A stretch of 64,000 nt of DNA from Patescibacteria group bacterium (GTDB lineage: Bacteria > Patescibacteriota > Patescibacteriia > Patescibacteriales > UBA12465). The stretch is taken from NCBI GenBank assembly GCA_038245255.1, contig JBBRSQ010000001.1, positions 2,335-66,334 of the forward strand, given 5' to 3'. The position numbers and the translations under genes are program-made. Below the pieces are notes generated by a model. The model was not told the origin of the DNA. It did no database searches and saw only the letters and a list, made by a program, of their open reading frames with translations. Positions 48,124-55,115 of the stretch are shown one piece after another. Position 1 is the stretch's first letter; each line of letters opens with the position of its first letter.

Positions 48124-48857
48124 AAAAGAAAATTATTTTCGGAATTATTCTCGGGTTAGTAATGTTTAGCTTCAATTGCTTTGCTCAAAAATTTGAGCAA
48201 GAAGATCCCCTGTCACCAATGATTGATGATACAATTATGTTGGCTTCAGATAGTCTGGAAATTGTTCAGATTAAGGAAAATAAATTCTTCGTTGTTTGCA
48301 CTACTTGCGAAGTGCTAAGTAGCCACGGATATATGCGGCGAATAATTGTTGATTCACTCTCATACATTTCACCTGACATACCAAGAGATTATTGGCTAGA
48401 AGCCTACAGCACCAAGCAGGTAACTTATAAACATAAGTTATTGTTGAGCCGACTCGAACTAAAAAATTGGAAGCCAATTATGACTTACGTCTGGCAGGAC
48501 TCTGAAGCTATCTACGCAAGCGATAGTCTTAAGTCAATAAGCACATCCTACATATCCTCAGAAAACTACAACAGCCTATTAAGCTCTAAGTTTTCGGCCA
48601 ACTACTTTTTACTGTTTGTAGTAATAGTCGGATTCATCTGGTTTATAATGTCACTTGATACGGGGATAAAAAAAAGCCTCCATGCTTACGGAGAGCTGGC
48701 AACTGGATTAGGTATAGCGATTATTTTCTATTTTACTTTTGGAAAAACTTTAGCCGCTTTTATCTTGCCTCTGATAGCCTTTGTATTAGGGGCATTTATA
48801 CCATTAATAATTACTAGACTGATTAAAATACTCATTAGATCCGTTAGTAAAAATTAA
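48120..48857 (+). CDS. hypothetical signal-peptide protein with a C-terminal TM anchor (paralog 2)
   Basis: VDSLSYISPDIPRDYWLEAYS, with the same architecture as the previous gene. Its start overlaps the previous gene's stop (ATGA). Confidence 0.55.
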   Translation: MKKKIIFGIILGLVMFSFNCFAQKFEQEDPLSPMIDDTIMLASDSLEIVQIKENKFFVVCTTCEVLSSHGYMRRIIVDSLSYISPDIPRDYWLEAYSTKQVTYKHKLLLSRLELKNWKPIMTYVWQDSEAIYASDSLKSISTSYISSENYNSLLSSKFSANYFLLFVVIVGFIWFIMSLDTGIKKSLHAYGELATGLGIAIIFYFTFGKTLAAFILPLIAFVLGAFIPLIITRLIKILIRSVSKN

Positions 48858-48952
48858 GTTCTTAAAAATTGAAACAACAAAACCTGGAAAGCATTTATGC
48901 CCCAGGTTTTTTTATTTTTTTTATTTGCAATTTTTCCAAGGCTTTTCTATAC

Positions 48953-49804
48953 TTAAGCAACTAATTTTTCTTCATTAAAACAAGCTCTCATCTTTTCAAT
49001 CGCTGACTGGGTCTTCAATTTTAAATCAGAATTTAAATTTTGGCCGCTAGCCTGAGATTCTAAAGAAGACAGGAGCTTGAGAAATATTTTTTCTTCAACC
49101 GCATTTTTACTGGCTGGATTATTTTTTAAACTTTCTAGTAGCTCCCTCAACTCACCCTTGCTAAGAGACATATAGAAAGCTGGAATATTTTTAATCTCGG
49201 CTCTGACTAACTTTCCGTCCTGCATTTTAGCTCCATATTTTATTCTCGCTCCCCCCTTAGCCATTATGCTTTCTAATTTAGAGGATTTTTTTAAGCCACC
49301 ATCATCTCCCCTATTTCCTAAAACCTCATCAAAACCACAGAGAACTTCACCGGTCGATTTATAGATCAGAACCTGATCAACCCCGTGATTATAATCATCG
49401 TAATCAGAAGCACGCGCAACTATAAAATACTCTTTAAGAAATTTATGGAGCAAAACCGTTAAAGCCATTTCGGTCAAAGTTGAGGGATTTTTTTCCGTGT
49501 CGCTTCGCCACTGCTCTCGACTCTTGCCTGCCCCAGAGCTAAAGCCTTCTTCTTGAGCGTCTACGAGCGCCCTATCACTAGCAGATTCACTACCCTCGAG
49601 CAATATCCGCCCGTCATTAGTTAAAAAATTAGCAAATTCAGAATTAACGTCCCTAGCCAAATCGATCAAAGCTTTATCTTTTAGGAAAGGCAGATATGTC
49701 TCAAGACTAATTTCTTTTTTTGTCTTATCAAACTGACTAAGATCAATTTTTCCAAGTATCTTTAAACCTGGTAATTTATTGGCCTCAAAATTTTCTAAAC
49801 TCAT
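48953..49804 (-). CDS. hypothetical protein
   Basis: 283-aa ORF. No motif recognised. Confidence 0.4.
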   Translation of the reverse strand: MSLENFEANKLPGLKILGKIDLSQFDKTKKEISLETYLPFLKDKALIDLARDVNSEFANFLTNDGRILLEGSESASDRALVDAQEEGFSSGAGKSREQWRSDTEKNPSTLTEMALTVLLHKFLKEYFIVARASDYDDYNHGVDQVLIYKSTGEVLCGFDEVLGNRGDDGGLKKSSKLESIMAKGGARIKYGAKMQDGKLVRAEIKNIPAFYMSLSKGELRELLESLKNNPASKNAVEEKIFLKLLSSLESQASGQNLNSDLKLKTQSAIEKMRACFNEEKLVA

Positions 49805-49814
49805 ATAATTTTAT

Positions 49815-50489
49815 TTATTTAAATAAAACTGGTACTTTTACTGAAGCATCATTTTCTGGCAAACCGGAAGGATTATCTTTAGAAATTACTAAATAACCAC
49901 TAGTCGCCATTGTCAAATATGTTAACTCAGAAGTAAATCTAACCGGCTTTTCAGTCATCCAGTCATCTTGAGCGGTACCGTAATGAGCGACAATTAAATT
50001 ATTATTATTGTCATATAATTTAACTGGCAAAGTCGCTTCAAAAAACCAATTACCAATAGCCGTGCCTTCAATTTTTAAAGGTGAGCTAACAAGTTCGTTT
50101 TGTTTTGGACTAACAACGACTACTTCATTAGAGAAGCTCGCTTGAGGTTCATCTCCTGCCTGAGTGCTAGTCACAATATCCATTTCACATTTTTCCTCCC
50201 AAACACGTAAACACTTCTCTTTTAAATCACACCAAGAATAACCAGCCGAGGCAATACAACCATGTTCGTCTCGGTCATTTCCGACTAAAGATTCTCCCTG
50301 ACTACCAGGGCAAAGTGTTGTTGGCCTGGCTGCCTTTGGATTTCCGTGCTTAGCCCATTGACTATCAGTACAGACCCAATTGTCTTCCTGACTAGTGGCT
50401 CGTAAAACAATTGCACTAAAGATAATAACACCAACTACTCCTAACAATAAATAAGATTTTTTCATAAAATTATTTTTATTAATTACCAA
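49815..50489 (-). CDS. hypothetical secreted Cys-rich protein
   Basis: Signal peptide MKKSYLLLGVVGVIIFSAIV and 8 Cys in the mature part. The start is likely the ATG at 50465; the track start is a TTG. Lies immediately downstream of the promoter at the left inverted-repeat terminus. Confidence 0.55.
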   Translation of the reverse strand: MVINKNNFMKKSYLLLGVVGVIIFSAIVLRATSQEDNWVCTDSQWAKHGNPKAARPTTLCPGSQGESLVGNDRDEHGCIASAGYSWCDLKEKCLRVWEEKCEMDIVTSTQAGDEPQASFSNEVVVVSPKQNELVSSPLKIEGTAIGNWFFEATLPVKLYDNNNNLIVAHYGTAQDDWMTEKPVRFTSELTYLTMATSGYLVISKDNPSGLPENDASVKVPVLFK

Positions 50490-50494
50490 CTTAT

Positions 50495-50849
50495 GGTGTC
50501 TCTATTGTACCAAGTTAGAACCTATTTTCAAAACAAATGATGTCGCACGCGCGAAGCGCGTGGTGAAGCGAAACTAAATCGTACGCTCGGAGAATCGCCC
50601 TGCCACCGCCTCGCTTCGCTCGGCAACTCCGAAAGAAAAAACACTCCTTGCATTTCTGATTTGGCGGGGGTGAAATTTCTTTTGAAAAAGGAAAGGGTGT
50701 TTTTCTTTCGGGGTTCTGCCCGAAAAGATATTCGGACAGGCGGAGTGCAAATGCAAATGTGGAACGCGAGCGGAAAATTTTGCGGAGGACTGGGGGTTTG
50801 GGCGAAAGGACTCCGCAAAATTCTGTTTCGCGTATTTGATTTTGTGGGG
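50495..50849. repeat. left copy of a 355-bp GC-rich inverted repeat (IR-L), likely a structured non-coding element
   Basis: Reverse-complement match to 53816..54170 with only 2 mismatches. About 55-60% GC in a ~35% GC context. Contains internal hairpins (cacgcgc-gaa-gcgcgtg; ttttgcggag...ctccgcaaaa) and a long-range 15-nt complementary pair (ccgaaagaaaaaaca / tgtttttctttcgg). Confidence 0.9.
50504..50537 (-). promoter_or_regulatory. outward-facing extended -10 promoter at the IR-L outer terminus, reading into the Cys-rich secreted protein gene
   Basis: On the minus strand TTGAAA, 16-nt spacer, TGgTACAAT (-10 hexamer at 50509-50504). The predicted transcription start near 50497 is ~32 nt upstream of the ATG at 50465. 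Confidence 0.5.
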
Positions 50850-50906
50850 TGCAGGCAACTAAGAAAAGAAGATACTATCATATCAAAAAACAAGGATTTA
50901 TTTATT

Positions 50907-51536
50907 TTATGATAATTTTATTTTTCCAAAGCTATTTTCTTTAATTTCACTTGATAAATTTAATCTTTCTCTAACTTTATTATTTATTTCTTGAATTGTT
51001 TCTTTTAAATCTCCATTGTTATTGATAAAATCGATAGAAATACCAAGTTCTTTAGCCTGTTTAATGGCTTCATTTTTTTCTAATTCTAATTGCTCTTGTA
51101 TATAATTAAAATCTATAACTCTATCATTTCTTTCAGAAATATCTTTTATTCTTCTATTGAGAATATTCTCTGGAGTTGAATTAACAACGAAAATCGCTTT
51201 CATTTGCTCATAATCTTCATTACGAATATTCCTCACAGAAAAATCTTTACCTTCTACTTCAAAATAAATAAAATGACCATCTAAAATTCTAATTGTATAA
51301 GGATCATTTTTATCTTCCTCATAAATTATTCTAAACATTTCTGGTCTATATTTTCCACGAACATCATCTGGTAGTTTTCTAAATTCTTCTGGAGAAATAT
51401 CACCAGCAAGATGGCACAGAATTGGTAAACCGCGAATTCTAAGAGCCTTATGACTTTCATCATTCAATCTCTCTACAAGTCCTTTAATTACAGAAGTTTT
51501 TCCAGTACCAGGTATTCCAGCAACGTAAATAAACAT
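50907..51536 (-). CDS. P-loop NTPase, predicted (deoxy)nucleotide/nucleoside kinase-like (AAA/adenylate-kinase-like fold)
   Basis: Walker A GIPGTGKTS at the extreme N-terminus. Small 209-aa kinase-like size. Confidence 0.65.
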   Translation of the reverse strand: MFIYVAGIPGTGKTSVIKGLVERLNDESHKALRIRGLPILCHLAGDISPEEFRKLPDDVRGKYRPEMFRIIYEEDKNDPYTIRILDGHFIYFEVEGKDFSVRNIRNEDYEQMKAIFVVNSTPENILNRRIKDISERNDRVIDFNYIQEQLELEKNEAIKQAKELGISIDFINNNGDLKETIQEINNKVRERLNLSSEIKENSFGKIKLS

Positions 51537-51539
51537 AAA

Positions 51540-52112
51540 TTATTGTGTATTAAAAATACATTCCCCTGTTAAATTATTCTGAGTTTTATATTCATCCCAA
51601 AGTTTTAAATACGCTTTATTTATTCTTTCATTTTTTTCTAAACCTAATTCTAAAATAGATTTTTCTATATTATCTTCTTCTCCTTCTATTTCAATAAAAT
51701 AACCAAAAGGTAATTCATCAACAACAAAATCACAATTATTTATATTTTCCAGTCTGTATCTTCTCTTCTCAAAAATATGTTCGATTGGGTATTCTAAAGC
51801 AAAGAACATGCCTCTTATACTATTTATTTTTTCATCATCAACATTCTCTAACAAAAACTCATGCTCATCTCTTATAAATAAGTTCCCCAGATTTTCTTCT
51901 TTCTTATTTTTAACCTTTACTGTTACATAAGCTTTTCTACTATCTTTTTCTATTACTTCTTTTATTCTAGGGAAAATTCCCTTTTCCATATTCTTATATT
52001 CATTCGTAAAAAAACCATATGTTTTTTCAAACTGAAACTTACTTTTATCTTTTACAAATTTGTCAAAAATTTCTTTATTTATTTTTAATTTAATTTCTAT
52101 TTCTTTTTTCAT
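51540..52112 (-). CDS. CYTH-domain (triphosphate tunnel metalloenzyme / class IV adenylate cyclase-like) protein
   Basis: N-terminal EIEIKLKI matches the ExExK CYTH signature. The ~190-aa length fits a single CYTH domain. Confidence 0.55.
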   Translation of the reverse strand: MKKEIEIKLKINKEIFDKFVKDKSKFQFEKTYGFFTNEYKNMEKGIFPRIKEVIEKDSRKAYVTVKVKNKKEENLGNLFIRDEHEFLLENVDDEKINSIRGMFFALEYPIEHIFEKRRYRLENINNCDFVVDELPFGYFIEIEGEEDNIEKSILELGLEKNERINKAYLKLWDEYKTQNNLTGECIFNTQ

Positions 52113-52132
52113 ATTTTAAAAATTAAAAAATA

Positions 52133-52996
52133 TTAATAATAACCTCCAGATTTTTTAGGATAGGGTTTTAAATACTCAGTTCTATCTTTTATTTTTGCTT
52201 CCAAAAAACACCTTCTTCTGTCCCAACAACAAGGACAAGTTCCACAATGAATTTTACTTGATTTTATACAACTTCTTGTTTTTGAAAGATCTAGACCATT
52301 TTCTTCACAATAAGTGATTAAAACATCCTTGTCGTAATAATTACCCAATTCTACTTCAATAGGTAAAGATATATATTGAAAGTTATAATCGTTTAAAATA
52401 TGGCAAGTTTCTAGATTAAGCATTCTCTGCCAAGTAAGAGAACAATGAAAAGAAGTATCGCTAGCAACATGTGCAATAAAAACAGTGTTAACATTCATTC
52501 CTTTATTTTTTAAAGAAATTGCATACTCCATACCCGTAAGAAATATAATAGAGTTTCTAGCTGGATAAGATACATGGGCTGAATGTTCTTTTTTATAAAA
52601 TTTCTTTTTTACTTCTCTTAAATCATCTTTGTATTCCAAGGCGGGTGTATTAACTTTAATTTCTTTTGTTTTGTGGTAAAGTTTTGGAAATTTTTTAGCA
52701 AAAAGTTTATCATAATAATTAATTGATTTTTTTTCCCATTTATAACAATTTTGACCTCTATTTATAAAAAATGGAAACACTTGATAACCAAACTCATTCA
52801 TCAAAATAAAAATATTTGACACCGCATCTGCTCCACCAGACATACAACACACAACAGCACTACCCTTTGGAGGCATTTTTACAACATAATTTCTTTTATC
52901 TATAAAAATTTTATTTAGGACTTTTACAACTTTTAAATCTTCGTTTATTTTATCCTCAATTTTTATTTTGCCTTTATTCTTGATTATTTTGATCAT
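52133..52996 (-). CDS. PP-loop ATPase (adenine-nucleotide alpha-hydrolase), QueC-like with a C-terminal Cys cluster
   Basis: SGGADAVS PP-loop after a ~45-aa N-terminal extension. C-terminal CIKSSKIHCGTCPCCWDRRRC resembles the QueC zinc-binding motif. Confidence 0.6.
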   Translation of the reverse strand: MIKIIKNKGKIKIEDKINEDLKVVKVLNKIFIDKRNYVVKMPPKGSAVVCCMSGGADAVSNIFILMNEFGYQVFPFFINRGQNCYKWEKKSINYYDKLFAKKFPKLYHKTKEIKVNTPALEYKDDLREVKKKFYKKEHSAHVSYPARNSIIFLTGMEYAISLKNKGMNVNTVFIAHVASDTSFHCSLTWQRMLNLETCHILNDYNFQYISLPIEVELGNYYDKDVLITYCEENGLDLSKTRSCIKSSKIHCGTCPCCWDRRRCFLEAKIKDRTEYLKPYPKKSGGYY

Positions 52997-53720
52997 ATTT
53001 TTTATAACTATTAATTATTTTTTTAGCATCCTCAATTGTTTCTTGATAAATATGAGCATCAGTAATCATTCCATCCAAAGAACCGATCCAAATTTTTGTG
53101 TTTAGTTTAGTTTCTAATCTCTTTGCTACCTCTTCAGATAGTAATGCAATCGCAGCAAAATTACCTCCAGCTTTCTGGTAGGCATCTATTGATCGTGCAT
53201 TAAAAATTGTATTTAAATGATAGCCATTCTGATTATCAATTTTAATTAATCTGAATTGAATAGTTGTAATACAGGGCAGATAATCATCTTTGGGTCTTTC
53301 AAGAGTTCTTTCATAATCTTCTTTTCTGACAAAGCTCATTATAGCTTTTTTGCTTTCTGGTATTTCTGCAAGCCTATCCACCACAAAATCAAGCATTTTC
53401 CATTCTTTGATTCTTGCATAATAGCTTTGACTTCCATCTGAGAATGATGGAACAATATCAAAGTCATGCATAATTTCTTTATTAAAAGTTAAATCAATAA
53501 TTGCATCTATGTTTTCTTTATCCCCATATCGACTAAGCAATTGATCTGGATAAATTTGGGAGTTTGATCTAACTCTAATATTTTGAAGACATAATCTATT
53601 TCTGCCTTCATCAGAAGTTATGTTCCCATTTTTTAAAATTACTTCTACTAAACTTAACCAGGTACTCCCCAATACTTCACCATAAATCAAAAGGCCAAAA
53701 GGCTCTATTTTTATGTACAT
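52974..53720 (-). CDS. thymidylate-synthase-fold enzyme (ThyA-like pyrimidine C5 methylase/hydroxymethylase homolog)
   Basis: SKKAIMSFV, YLPCITTIQFRL and ARSIDAYQKAGGNFAAIALL align to the ThyA SRRIIVSAW, LAPCHAFFQFYV and [20 protein letters not shown] motifs. The catalytic Cys and the uracil-specifying Asn are retained. Confidence 0.7.
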   Translation of the reverse strand: MYIKIEPFGLLIYGEVLGSTWLSLVEVILKNGNITSDEGRNRLCLQNIRVRSNSQIYPDQLLSRYGDKENIDAIIDLTFNKEIMHDFDIVPSFSDGSQSYYARIKEWKMLDFVVDRLAEIPESKKAIMSFVRKEDYERTLERPKDDYLPCITTIQFRLIKIDNQNGYHLNTIFNARSIDAYQKAGGNFAAIALLSEEVAKRLETKLNTKIWIGSLDGMITDAHIYQETIEDAKKIINSYKKYDQNNQE

Positions 53721-53764
53721 ACAATGTTTTTATGTTAAAAATTTTAATAATTTAAACTAACTTC

Positions 53765-53791
53765 AATATACCATATTTTTAAAAAATCCAA
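53765..53791 (-). promoter_or_regulatory. extended -10 promoter for the four-gene cassette operon
   Basis: On the minus strand TTGGAT, then TGgTATATT (53773-53765). Lies ~45 nt upstream of the ATG at 53720, just inside IR-R. Confidence 0.45.
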
Positions 53792-53815
53792 AAATATAAT
53801 TTGAAATCCTATTCG

Positions 53816-54170
53816 CCCCACAAAATCAAATACGCGAAACAGAATTTTGCGGAGTCCTTTCGCCCAAACCCCCAGTCCTCCGCAAAATTTTCCGCTCGCG
53901 TTCCACATTTGCATTTGCACTCCGCCTGTCCGAATATCTATTCGGGCAGAACCCCGAAAGAAAAACACCCTTTCCTTTTTCAAAAGAAATTTCACCCCCG
54001 CCAAATCAGAAATGCAAGGAGTGTTTTTTCTTTCGGGGTTGCCGAGCGAAGCGAGGCGGTGGCAGGGCGATTCTCCGAGCGTACGATTTAGTTTCGCTTC
54101 ACCACGCGCTTCGCGCGTGCGACATCATTTGTTTTGAAAATAGGTTCTAACTTGGTACAATAGAGACACC
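53816..54170. repeat. right copy of the 355-bp GC-rich inverted repeat (IR-R)
   Basis: Reverse complement of 50495..50849 with 2 mismatches. An outward-facing TTGAAA-N16-TGgTACAAT promoter sits at 54134..54161 on the + strand. Confidence 0.9.
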
Positions 54171-54215
54171 AGAAACGAACTAGACGGCTTTTTCAAAGCC
54201 GTCTAGTTCGTTTCT
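54171..54215. repeat. 45-bp perfect palindrome (21-bp arms, 3-nt loop) between IR-R and the tRNA-Leu 3' end; likely a bidirectional terminator or recombination site
   Basis: agaaacgaactagacggcttt-ttc-aaagccgtctagttcgtttct. Exact complementarity over 21 bp. Shares its last nucleotide with the tRNA 3' end. Confidence 0.85.
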
Positions 54216-54300
54216 GGTGCCCGAGGGGGGATTTGAACCCCCATGGGATTTCTCCCGCAGCGTTCTGAACACTGCGTGTCTACCGTTTCACCACCCGTGC
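54215..54300 (-). tRNA. tRNA-Leu (anticodon CAG), type II with a long variable arm, CCA encoded
   Basis: Minus strand reads GCACGGGTGGTGAAACGGTAGACACGCAGTGTTCAGAACGCTGCGGGAGAAATCCCATGGGGGTTCAAATCCCCCCTCGGGCACCA. Folds into a cloverleaf with a D-arm, anticodon loop TTCAGAA, variable stem CGGGA/TCCC, T-arm GGGGGTTCAAATCCCCC and a 7-bp acceptor stem with one A-G mismatch. Confidence 0.85.
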
Positions 54301-54311
54301 CTATCAACTAA

Positions 54312-54340
54312 ATTTAACCACAAAATTAACGGCTTGACAA
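54312..54340 (-). promoter_or_regulatory. sigma70-like promoter for tRNA-Leu
   Basis: On the minus strand TTGTCA (54340-54335), 17-nt spacer, TTAAAT (54317-54312). The predicted start is ~5 nt before the mature tRNA 5' end. Confidence 0.5.
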
Positions 54341-54455
54341 GTTAAAATAAAAGCGTCATATTATATATTCAAGCAAATTTTTGACATCAAAATCATATTC
54401 GAACATTAATAACAAACAAATATTCACCTAAACATTAACCTAAAAACAATTTAAC

Positions 54456-55061
54456 ATGAATGAAGGAAATGCTTGCCCATCCGCTTCGGTGGGAATTTTA
54501 GTACCAAAAACTCCCAGTGGTTTTTTTGCGGGCGTTAGTATTAAAAATTATCTGTCGACATATTTGAAGATTGTCGAACCCCAAATCATTGAGGTAATGC
54601 CCTGTCAATTAAAGCAGCTTAAAATTAATCAGAAAATTGATAAACTGTATGTGCTTGGACTAGGGATTAAGAATACTCCGCCATCTGCCCTCAAGGATTT
54701 TATCGGGACCTACGAAGAAAGAATTGCTCTCTGGGTAGATCATCACCCGGGATCTAGACTGATTTCCGAATTGAAAGGAAAATATAACTATCTTCATGGT
54801 AGCGATAAAGATAGTGCGTCGACCACCGCTTTAATGGGCATCAAGCTCGGAAAATGTATAAAGCAAGAATGGATAGACGCCACTAATCATTTCGAAAATC
54901 CCTTCTTCTTTCTTCCAAACCATTTAGTTAAGCATTACAAAAAAATTATAGTACCCGCAAACGGGCAAACGAAAGAAGCTAAAAAGCTTTTTTCTGAATA
55001 CCTACTAACGGGAAAACCAAGTATCGATGAAATTCATCTCCTCCTAAGCAAGCAAGCGTAG
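54456..55061 (+). CDS. hypothetical protein (possible degenerate DHH-phosphoesterase-like)
   Basis: 201 aa with a DHH tripeptide in LWVDHHPGS. No other motif secure. Confidence 0.35.
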   Translation: MNEGNACPSASVGILVPKTPSGFFAGVSIKNYLSTYLKIVEPQIIEVMPCQLKQLKINQKIDKLYVLGLGIKNTPPSALKDFIGTYEERIALWVDHHPGSRLISELKGKYNYLHGSDKDSASTTALMGIKLGKCIKQEWIDATNHFENPFFFLPNHLVKHYKKIIVPANGQTKEAKKLFSEYLLTGKPSIDEIHLLLSKQA

Positions 55062-55084
55062 TAGGCTTCCTTCAAAAAAACATC

Positions 55085-55115
55085 AAGCCCGACCAAAGAT
55101 CGGGCTTTTTTATTT
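55085..55115 (+). terminator. Rho-independent terminator
   Basis: Stem agcccga/tcgggct (7 bp) with loop ccaaaga, then T6 run. Confidence 0.7.

Noticed and set aside
50495-50849. Possible identity of the repeat as RNase P RNA, tmRNA, SRP RNA or a hammerhead ribozyme (a TGATG...GAAAC stretch near 50538-50575)
   Set aside because: No P4-type GGAAAGUCCGG / AGGGCAGG / GUAAGGGUGAAA motifs are present. There is no tag-peptide ORF or tRNA-like ends. The hammerhead-like stretch lacks the CUGAUGA-stem II-GAAA core spacing. These RNAs are also not expected as two inverted copies.
50528-50912. ORFs of 83-121 aa running through the left GC-rich repeat (50528..50893 -, 50574..50858 -, 50661..50912 +), with mirror ORFs in the right repeat (53744..54004 -, 53801..54091 +, 53847..54137 +)
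   Set aside because: They are open in several frames on both strands of the same sequence, as expected for GC-rich DNA in an AT-rich genome. The translations are low-complexity (P/S/R/F-rich) with no motifs, and the same frames appear in both inverted copies. I treat the region as non-coding.
50495-54300. Classical tRNA-integrated genomic island or prophage remnant
   Set aside because: There is no integrase or recombinase gene, and no direct-repeat att sites duplicating the tRNA 3' end. The flanking repeats are inverted, not direct. I report it as an unusual IR-flanked cassette instead.
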